Origin: a virus
Reading direction: 5' to 3' (one strand)
IMG/VR virus record: IMGVR_UViG_3300027913_000404
Length of the DNA stretch: 64,000 nucleotides
Shown: positions 25,389 through 32,753 of the stretch, piece by piece
Position numbering within the stretch: the first letter of the stretch is position 1
Layout: the number at the start of each line of letters is the position of its first letter
Notes under the pieces: generated by a model
What the model saw: only the letters and a program-made list of their open reading frames with translations
Databases searched by the model: none
What the model was told of the DNA's origin: nothing
Translations under genes and position numbers: made by a program

Positions 25389-25699
25389 AGTGAATAGTCC
25401 ATGCGTGCCAAGAGGGTTGATGCAATGAGAATGGTTATTCCGGTAGCACACATAACGATAGCTGCGGCAAGGCCGCTCGTACCGGGGCGAAATCCACTTT
25501 CTACACTGTACCCATGATACACTATAAATGATCCGATGGTGCCAGCGATAAGCAGCAAGACAAAGTACAGATTTTTCTTATACCCTGTCTTTGGCCTGAT
25601 GAGATCACTGTTGTAAACTACCTTCTCTTGATACGGTTGGGCATCATCCGAGACGGGTGGAGCAGAAACCCAATCGGCTTCACTGTATAGCTGTTCCAT
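25385..25699 (-). CDS. membrane protein (2 TM)
   Basis: two hydrophobic segments; ATGA coupling to the FtsK-like gene. Confidence 0.7.
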   Translation of the reverse strand: MEQLYSEADWVSAPPVSDDAQPYQEKVVYNSDLIRPKTGYKKNLYFVLLLIAGTIGSFIVYHGYSVESGFRPGTSGLAAAIVMCATGITILIASTLLARMDYSL

Positions 25700-25761
25700 C
25701 TCTCGCTCTCTCTTTCTTTCCCTGGCGGGCGCTGACGCCCGCCAGGGGTATGGTTTCTTGC

Positions 25762-26334
25762 TTACGAGTTTACCAGTTTGGCAACGAGATCGCCGGGGAA
25801 TTCCATGACATAGTAGCCGCCACTATGTCGCCCATTGGCAACCGGTTGCTTTTCCAGTTTACCAAGACGCCATTCGAGATCACCGACTTTCTTTGCCAAG
25901 TGATTCCACCAATCCTTTTCTCGCTGCATGTCTGCTGGCGTTACATGCTCATCCTGCAACTGTCCAACCCGTTCCGAGAGATCATCGAGACGGGCAAAGA
26001 TCTCGTCATCAAGATCCATCTCTTCATCGCAGTCCTCGATCCCTTCGTCCTCGTCCGGCAAATGCTGCCGTAATACGTCAGCGATCTTGACGAAGGTCAC
26101 AATGTCCATCCGCATCGTGAACGGCCTTGTCACACCCAACGCGCACGCCGAGATGAAGACGCCACCTTCATATGCAGATATGGCACAACTCGCTTTGTGC
26201 CAATTGTCCTTCAAAAACAATTCCACTACACCGTCATAAGAATTTCCGTCTACCATATCTAGTTTCCTTCCTGGCTTGCTGGCTGGGGCCGTGCTGCTTT
26301 GGATTACACAGCCTTGTATGGTTTTATGCCTCAA
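25762..26334 (-). CDS. hypothetical protein (start uncertain)
   Basis: 190-aa ORF with acidic and coiled-coil region. Confidence 0.7.
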   Translation of the reverse strand: MRHKTIQGCVIQSSTAPASKPGRKLDMVDGNSYDGVVELFLKDNWHKASCAISAYEGGVFISACALGVTRPFTMRMDIVTFVKIADVLRQHLPDEDEGIEDCDEEMDLDDEIFARLDDLSERVGQLQDEHVTPADMQREKDWWNHLAKKVGDLEWRLGKLEKQPVANGRHSGGYYVMEFPGDLVAKLVNS

Positions 26335-26366
26335 TTACAAAATCGCTTAGAACGCGTCCTAGAGCC

Positions 26367-27470
26367 TTACGCGGCATGTGCCAGTTCAGCAGATAAGAAC
26401 ATGGCTTCAACCTCTGTAAGTAGGTACTTTGTCTCCTTTCCATCCTTGTTGTGGATCATTAGCCTACGACGATCCAGCTGATGCTCAACACGCCAGTGGG
26501 GCATAATCTCTGGCGGTTCAATGTGTGAAACTGTCGACACTTGTTGATAAGTGTCGAGGATTTCATACATTTCTCGCGCTGGCACAGCGTTGTCTTGCAG
26601 GGCGAGGCGCACTTTACTCACTACGCTAATGATCTCGCCCTGCGATGCCGTAACATCAGCGTCCTCAACAGCAGACACGATCTGCTTCCAGTAACGCCCA
26701 TTCTGGCGCGTCATGATCATGTCTTTCATCTCAAACAGCCGACGCGACTCTGGCAGCTTCATTGCCCAATCATACACTGCCCAGGTGAGCGCATCCCACT
26801 CGCTTATGGGCTGTGGCTGTGGTGCTGGCACCTTTCTGACAACGGGAGTTGGCGCAGGCTTTGATCGTCCATTGACAGGTGCTCGTGCAATAGTTTCAGC
26901 TTCAACTACCGGCAGCTTTGTTACCTTGATAGCAGCAGGGGTGGTAACGTTACCACCTACCAGCTTTCGTAGCCCGGCTACGAACGGGTGAGCAGTACGG
27001 GTGGTTTCTGCAATCTTGCGATCGCTCCACTGCGACCATTCTTCATCCTCAAGCAACACCATCACCGCGCGACGCTTGTCCTCTACGGTGCGCTGTAGCC
27101 CATGCTTGGGATTGGCACCCGTCGACGCCAGCACAGCGTCACGCCGCGTACCCTGTTTGACGATAGCGTTGATTTCGGCCAGGCCCAAGGCAGCGTGCGC
27201 TCGCACGCGATGGAAGCCGTCCCACACCCAATAGTCAGTTCCATCAAAGTAGACTTGGATAGGATCAAACTTATCACCGTTGGCGAGATCGTCCTTGTAG
27301 CGGTTGACAGTCGGCTCGTCAATGCGCACGCGCGACTGCGTGCCGCCGTCAGTCCGGCATTTGGAAACTGGCAGCAGCACAGAACCATCCCCCATAGCCA
27401 AAGCCAGGGCGTCCACCGGCGATGCCGGCACATCCACAAACATGTTGGGGGTTCTCTTTCTATCTGCCAT
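26367..27470 (-). CDS. ParB-like protein (ParB N-terminal domain plus HTH)
   Basis: TQSR, PIQVY..DGFHRVRA, NPKHGLQRT..DKRRAV, WSDRKIAE HTH; start reassigned to the ATG after GAAGGA RBS. Confidence 0.88.
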   Translation of the reverse strand: MADRKRTPNMFVDVPASPVDALALAMGDGSVLLPVSKCRTDGGTQSRVRIDEPTVNRYKDDLANGDKFDPIQVYFDGTDYWVWDGFHRVRAHAALGLAEINAIVKQGTRRDAVLASTGANPKHGLQRTVEDKRRAVMVLLEDEEWSQWSDRKIAETTRTAHPFVAGLRKLVGGNVTTPAAIKVTKLPVVEAETIARAPVNGRSKPAPTPVVRKVPAPQPQPISEWDALTWAVYDWAMKLPESRRLFEMKDMIMTRQNGRYWKQIVSAVEDADVTASQGEIISVVSKVRLALQDNAVPAREMYEILDTYQQVSTVSHIEPPEIMPHWRVEHQLDRRRLMIHNKDGKETKYLLTEVEAMFLSAELAHAA

Positions 27471-27507
27471 CATCATTCCTTCATCGATCAGGTTCCTACT
27501 GGACATT

Positions 27508-27536
27508 AGTATACTCCACTACCTTACACTTGTCAA
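27508..27536 (-). promoter_or_regulatory. leftward sigma70-type promoter for the parB operon
   Basis: TTGACA-17-TATACT on the - strand. Confidence 0.8.
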
Positions 27537-27651
27537 GACTACTGTCTAAACAAAAAAGCCAGCCCGATTGGCTGGCGTTCTTGTGTATTGCGGGCCTGCC
27601 CGCTACCCCTATAGTCAAGAAGAGGAAATTTACAAGTGTGCGTCACAAAAC

Positions 27652-27681
27652 TTGACAATTGTATTGTTCGTGAAGTATACT
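27652..27681 (+). promoter_or_regulatory. rightward sigma70-type promoter
   Basis: TTGACA-18-TATACT, divergent from the parB promoter. Confidence 0.75.
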
Positions 27682-27728
27682 CGCAGCAGACAGATGTCTA
27701 AACAACAACAAAAGGAGCAGTACAAAAC

Positions 27729-27950
27729 ATGGAAGAGCAGACTGAAAAGACGGAACTGGAGCGGTTCAAGGAGTTTACGGACAGCCTCGGCGGTGCCAAG
27801 GCGTCGTCGCTGTCGATGGGCCTGAGCGAAAACTACCTGTACTCGCTGCGTTCGGGCATCCGACCCATCACCGATGAGGTACGTGTGGCATGGAAGTTGG
27901 CTGGTGGAGATCCCGACACGCCCGAGCTAGTGAAAGCGTGGATGGAATGA
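27729..27950 (+). CDS. Cro-like HTH regulator
   Basis: GGAKASSLSMGLSENYLYSLRSGIRPIT; first gene after a divergent promoter. Confidence 0.65.
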   Translation: MEEQTEKTELERFKEFTDSLGGAKASSLSMGLSENYLYSLRSGIRPITDEVRVAWKLAGGDPDTPELVKAWME

Positions 27951-28129
27951 TCGCCACGATCTGCAAGAACTGCGGTGATAGGTTGCCAAACGTGGCAGCT
28001 TACTGGAATCATGCCGCCCACTGTTGCCCCGCCAGGGTAGCCGTTATCGCGAGGGCTATGATTGGCCTCGCGGTAGCGGCTACGCCGCAGTCAGTACAAG
28101 CCTAGTAGAACAGCGAAAGGAGTCCATCG

Positions 28130-28546
28130 ATGAATCTCAAGGCCATGCGCAAGATGTATGGTGAATTCACGTACCCTGAATTAGAAGAAAAGATCATGGT
28201 TGTGCAGGCTGTAGAGGAAGAGATTCTCGAACGAGCCATCCTATGTTTCTTGGACACCAGGGGTGTGAAGGGCTTGATCACCAAGCAGGCACGCTATGAT
28301 CTTGCCAGCCGTGCGCTTACCCAGGCAGATGGTTTCACTCGCAAGGTGCGCACCTTCTCTGATCTTACCAGGGCCGAGCTGCTGTACGTGCGCTGGTGGA
28401 TCGAGAACAGCGACATCACGGCAGAGCTTGCAGAAGCTGGATGGATTCCTGTACCTACGATGGATCGGCTCAAGCGGTTGGTTGCAGAAGCCGATGTGTC
28501 CAAGCGGGCTATGAATGTATTCAAGGAACGGTGGGCATTCGCATGA
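28130..28546 (+). CDS. hypothetical protein
   Basis: GAAAGGAG RBS, 138 aa. Confidence 0.75.
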   Translation: MNLKAMRKMYGEFTYPELEEKIMVVQAVEEEILERAILCFLDTRGVKGLITKQARYDLASRALTQADGFTRKVRTFSDLTRAELLYVRWWIENSDITAELAEAGWIPVPTMDRLKRLVAEADVSKRAMNVFKERWAFA

Positions 28547-29592
28547 CGACAGATATCGTACTGTACGGCAATCTTACGGACATGCGGCGCCAGGCCGCAG
28601 CCACAGCAGTCATACAACTCATCGAGGGCAGTTGCTTCTTGAGCCATGATCACGTTAAGCACTTGCACTGCGAAGAGCGAGCGTTTGAGCTATTGGGCTT
28701 GCCCCTACTTCAAACGTCCGATGCAGAAGTGCGTCAAGCCATCATGGACTCAGATACGTTTATCTCGCAATTCTACTGCCAGGGTGCATCTACCGGCTGT
28801 GCTAACTGCGGCTCGATGGTTCCGCCAGGCTACAGCAAATGCCCGGACTGTGATCAAGAGATCGTCGTACCCACTGGCGTTCTGGCCCTTGCAGAATGGC
28901 AAACAAACTTGACGGGCGCGGCCCTGCAAGTCGCTATCGCTACTCACTTGATTGCCGGCGACCTGCTGAGCTACACCATCCATCGCACAACACGGCTGGT
29001 AGTACTGCGTAACATGCTCAACCAGTCAGACTTGGACGACTGGAACACGCGGGCCAGAGAAGTGCGCAATCACATCCTCGATCAGTGGCCTGAAGGAAGT
29101 CAGCCAGAGAAGGACAGTTGGGAGCATCGCTTCATCCGCATCAGCGCCGCCTTCTGGCTGGTGGCATGGCCGATGCTGAAGCTCAAGTTTACTTTGGAAG
29201 AAGTGGACGGCTGGAACACGAAAATGATCCGCGCGGCTGTTGCCAGTGCAACCAAGTGGACAGACGCCGGTGCAAGTCCCGCCAGCTACGCAGAGATCGT
29301 CAGGGCCATCACTACCAGCCAGGATCTTGATCAGGTTGCGGCTATCAAGGGTGTATCTCCTGCCGACATGGACAAGGACGACGACGAGGAAGAGCCAGAA
29401 GTCAAGCCCAAGCTCTTTATCCATCCCCCCGAGTTGGTTGTTCGTGGCAAGCTAGTAGTCACTGAGCGAGGCCATTTTCTGGGCGTGCCTATCTCTGAAG
29501 ATGAGATGGAAACACTGATGATGGTATGGGGCAACCCACTCATTGACATCGATGAATTTATGCTGAACTACAAAGAAGAGGAACAATCATGA
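28543..29592 (+). CDS. hypothetical protein with Zn ribbon
   Basis: CANC..CPDC; ATGA coupling at 28543. Confidence 0.8.
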   Translation: MTTDIVLYGNLTDMRRQAAATAVIQLIEGSCFLSHDHVKHLHCEERAFELLGLPLLQTSDAEVRQAIMDSDTFISQFYCQGASTGCANCGSMVPPGYSKCPDCDQEIVVPTGVLALAEWQTNLTGAALQVAIATHLIAGDLLSYTIHRTTRLVVLRNMLNQSDLDDWNTRAREVRNHILDQWPEGSQPEKDSWEHRFIRISAAFWLVAWPMLKLKFTLEEVDGWNTKMIRAAVASATKWTDAGASPASYAEIVRAITTSQDLDQVAAIKGVSPADMDKDDDEEEPEVKPKLFIHPPELVVRGKLVVTERGHFLGVPISEDEMETLMMVWGNPLIDIDEFMLNYKEEEQS

Positions 29593-29906
29593 GCGACAAC
29601 ATTACCACCGAACAGGCGCTAGAGAACGCCATCTTTATGTACCGCGATCTCGCTGAGCGCATTAAGACACTGCAAGAAGCGCAAGCTGCGCAGAAGCAAA
29701 CGATCAGTGATATCTTCCTTGAGCTTGGCGTCGACAAAGCCAGTACCCCCGCTGGTAAGGCGCTGATTACGGCACCGTCGATAACTATTTCCTACAATGC
29801 CACGGCGCTGGATGCCTTATGTGCCAGCGATGATGGCCTTGCTCGTCTTTTGCATCCCCACCGCAAAGAGACAATGCGTACCGGTACCCTAACAATCAAA
29901 GCGTAG
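29589..29906 (+). CDS. hypothetical phage protein
   Basis: 105 aa; stop inside a family-A palindrome. Confidence 0.75.
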   Translation: MSDNITTEQALENAIFMYRDLAERIKTLQEAQAAQKQTISDIFLELGVDKASTPAGKALITAPSITISYNATALDALCASDDGLARLLHPHRKETMRTGTLTIKA

Positions 29907-29927
29907 CCCGGCTACGAAGGACGTATC

Positions 29928-30164
29928 ATGCTCACACTGCCCCCACTACTTGACGACAATGGCAAGCCAGAATCGTGGTTCGGTATCAAATTTGATAACG
30001 GACTTGTCTCGATAGAAATAACAGATGAAGGTGGTGGCGCTTATCTTGTTATTGAGACACAAGAGCCGTGGAAGATGACGATAAACGAACTGCGCGACTT
30101 CACCCAATGGGCTGAAGACTGGGTAAATGCCGTAGACAGGCACAACAACAACCCCACCACGTAG
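29928..30164 (+). CDS. hypothetical protein
   Basis: GAAGGA RBS; stop inside a family-B hairpin. Confidence 0.7.
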   Translation: MLTLPPLLDDNGKPESWFGIKFDNGLVSIEITDEGGGAYLVIETQEPWKMTINELRDFTQWAEDWVNAVDRHNNNPTT

Positions 30165-30204
30165 CGCCCTGCGGGCGCAGTCTCTTGCAAAGGAGACATG
30201 CGCC

Positions 30205-30339
30205 ATGGGACATTTCAAAAACCTAGCAATTACACTTTTGGAATCGCCAGATCCTGACGATTTGGAATTGTTAAAGAAGTTACTCGCCGAAGAACTCGAA
30301 TCCTATGAGGACGAGGAAGGGGAAGATATTGCAGATTAA
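30205..30339 (+). CDS. small acidic protein (44 aa)
   Basis: AAGGAG RBS, MGHFKNLAI... Confidence 0.5.
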   Translation: MGHFKNLAITLLESPDPDDLELLKKLLAEELESYEDEEGEDIAD

Positions 30340-30565
30340 CGACTACCTGCTGGATTATAGCACGGCCCGCTACCAAGCCGGGCCACAGCAATTCATCACC
30401 AAGTTTGCCGCATCTGGGTTTACCTGTCCCAGGTGCGGCAAACTCACCCGCCAAGAATTTCAGTTGACGCGCATAAGCATGACTGACTTTCTACCCTGCG
30501 TCATCTGCGATGAATGTCAAACGATCTTCTCCGCATTCGACGGAGATCATATCAACAAGCTGTGA
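30329..30565 (+). CDS. Zn-finger protein (start uncertain)
   Basis: CPRC..CDEC. Confidence 0.6.
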   Translation: MQINDYLLDYSTARYQAGPQQFITKFAASGFTCPRCGKLTRQEFQLTRISMTDFLPCVICDECQTIFSAFDGDHINKL

Positions 30566-30576
30566 GGTAAGAAACA

Positions 30577-31029
30577 ATGATAGTTGCCACAATTGATGCC
30601 GGAAATGGAAACCACTGGCAGTTAGGTGGATGGGAAATAGTCATTTCGCAAAATAATATCAAGGGAATGTCGGCACAAGAAATTGGCGAGCTTGTCATTC
30701 GTCTTCACGATGCGCTTGATGAAACACGCGAAGAGTATTACGAAAGAGAAATGGGTTTTGGTCTTCGCTATAAATCAGGTGTTAAAAGCCCAAGAAACGA
30801 AATGGGCGGCAAGAACAGAACACGTATCTACGCACAACTCGTCCATCGCGATGGCGAATTCTGCCAAGTTCCAAACTGCGAAAATGTCGATCTAGAGATC
30901 GATCATATCATTCCGATTTCAGCGGGTGGAACAAATGAATTGGAAAACCTGCAATTTCTCTGCAAGCACCACAACTGCTCAAAAGGCACAAAGACGTGGA
31001 ATGAATTCTTGAATGGAGTAATATCATGA
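30577..31029 (+). CDS. HNH endonuclease
   Basis: RDGEFC..LEIDHIIPISAGGTNELENLQFLCKHHNCSKG. Confidence 0.92.
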   Translation: MIVATIDAGNGNHWQLGGWEIVISQNNIKGMSAQEIGELVIRLHDALDETREEYYEREMGFGLRYKSGVKSPRNEMGGKNRTRIYAQLVHRDGEFCQVPNCENVDLEIDHIIPISAGGTNELENLQFLCKHHNCSKGTKTWNEFLNGVIS

Positions 31030-32102
31030 GTTGGGAAATGGTAAACCTGATAATGAAAGCAGACTTGCCCCGACCGCAAAAGCTAGTAATGCTAGGTATT
31101 GCGAATCATGCTGGAGCCGATGGGGGTGGAAGCTGGGCAAGCTACGATAGGTATGAATATTACACTGGCTACAACAGACGCCAACTCATGCGAATCGTTC
31201 AGGAACTCGAAAAGAACGGTTACATAAAGCATTGCGGCTTTCATAGTGACCATGGAACAAATATTTGGACTATCATCCCAAACAAGATACCAATGCAACT
31301 TGAATTTGAAGAATGGAGAAAGCTGAAAAGACAAGAAGAAGCCGAAAAGGAACGGGTAAAATTAGCCGCCAAAGCAGGGGGTGACATTTTGTCGCAGGGT
31401 GACATTTCGTCGCAGGGGGGGGTGACATTTTGCGAAAGCAACAGTGACATTTTGTCGCCCAATCCTATTCAGATAACCTTTATAAGAGAACCTTCAGAAT
31501 CTTTACCCAAAATTTCGCAAAACGGCGCAAACGGCTCTGCTGATGTAAAGATTTTACCTGCTAACGCAGGTGGTGTGGGCTTGGTTACTGTTGAGGAAGA
31601 TCCGTGGGAAGATACGTTTACCGATGCGCCCGTCCAGAAGGATTACCTAAGCGATGACAAGGATCACGAGTATAGCCGTGGCGATCCTGATGGCGATGAT
31701 GATCCCAGAGATGCACATCGAGCGCGCACGCCGTTGGAGATGAAGATTACGCAGCTCACCAAGTCGAAGTATTTGACTGATGCACAACGAGCAAAGCTCT
31801 CGACGCCAGTTTCCCAGAGCTACGGCAATCAGTTGCCCCAAGACTATCCTAGTCCAGAAGACGAATGGCGCGCCAATCCCAAGCTGTTTGCTGAGTATGT
31901 CGAGTTGTGCGCTAAGCTGATTGCCAATGGCAGTGGACGAAACCCCAGCCGTAGTGCGCTAATCACCACCATGCGCAACTACGCACGCAACAAGTCAGGC
32001 TGGCTCTTCTTCAAGGACTTCAAGGAAAAGGCTGCGGCTCCCGCCAAGCAGGTGAAGAAGCAGTATTATCACAATGACGCAACGCCCAGTTGGAGAGCGT
32101 AG
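31026..32102 (+). CDS. phage replication initiator (N-terminal winged HTH)
   Basis: KLVMLGIANHA..WAS..TGYNRRQLMRIVQELEKNGYI; internal iterons. Confidence 0.8.
   Translation: MSWEMVNLIMKADLPRPQKLVMLGIANHAGADGGGSWASYDRYEYYTGYNRRQLMRIVQELEKNGYIKHCGFHSDHGTNIWTIIPNKIPMQLEFEEWRKLKRQEEAEKERVKLAAKAGGDILSQGDISSQGGVTFCESNSDILSPNPIQITFIREPSESLPKISQNGANGSADVKILPANAGGVGLVTVEEDPWEDTFTDAPVQKDYLSDDKDHEYSRGDPDGDDDPRDAHRARTPLEMKITQLTKSKYLTDAQRAKLSTPVSQSYGNQLPQDYPSPEDEWRANPKLFAEYVELCAKLIANGSGRNPSRSALITTMRNYARNKSGWLFFKDFKEKAAAPAKQVKKQYYHNDATPSWRA
31381..31458 (+). repeat. iterons GTGACATTTTGTCGC x4 (putative origin)
   Basis: copies at 31381, 31399, 31422 (partial) and 31444. Confidence 0.8.
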
Positions 32103-32131
32103 CCCGGCTACGATTCCACGCGTATTGAAAC

Positions 32132-32160
32132 TTGACAACTGTACAGTAGTGGCATATACT
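32132..32160 (+). promoter_or_regulatory. sigma70-type promoter
   Basis: TTGACA-17-TATACT. Confidence 0.8.
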
Positions 32161-32184
32161 ACTGTAGAGAAAGGACGGTGATGG

Positions 32185-32463
32185 ATGACTTGCCCGTTTT
32201 GCGGACTCGATCCCTATGAATATGTGGACGTTGGCATCGGTAGTATTCCTGTGGCTGTAAACTGTTGCCAGGAAGGCGTAGAGCTACTTGTTGGCAATGC
32301 TGACTTCCGAGAGTTGGCCGAGCCTTGGATGAAACACGCCAGGAAAACCATGGAACTTTACGAAGATGCTTTGCGAAAAATTGCATGGAACCGTGACAAC
32401 CTAGACGCCGCTGGACTAGTCAGAATTGCTGACAAAGCGCTCAACGGCCCGCAAGGATGGTAA
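32185..32463 (+). CDS. hypothetical protein
   Basis: CPFCG motif, RBS upstream. Confidence 0.7.
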   Translation: MTCPFCGLDPYEYVDVGIGSIPVAVNCCQEGVELLVGNADFRELAEPWMKHARKTMELYEDALRKIAWNRDNLDAAGLVRIADKALNGPQGW

Positions 32464-32470
32464 TAGCAAG

Positions 32471-32665
32471 ATGCGCCGAACAGTTGAGATGGAAACGTCC
32501 TTCTTCGATCCACTTAAAACTTACTTCTCAATGGGATGTGATTGCTACGTTCGAGTCTATGTGATTGAGTATGACGCAGAACTGGATGAGTTGGATGATG
32601 ACGATCTGTTGGAATTAGCGTGTGACGGCGATGACTTGCGAGTAAAGCTCGTGTCCGGCGGGTAA
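32471..32665 (+). CDS. small acidic hypothetical protein
   Basis: ORF between neighbours, weak RBS. Confidence 0.45.
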   Translation: MRRTVEMETSFFDPLKTYFSMGCDCYVRVYVIEYDAELDELDDDDLLELACDGDDLRVKLVSGG

Positions 32666-32753
32666 CTTTTGGGGCATGGTCAATGCCATGAAATACGACA
32701 ACAGAGTTGACGGAAGCGCTCGACTGTAACAGCAAAAGAAAGCAGGAAGACTC

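Noticed and set aside
31677..31703. GDPDGD in the replication initiator as a second RNAP active site
   Set aside because: Lies in an acidic low-complexity linker of a 358-aa HTH protein with no other RNAP motifs
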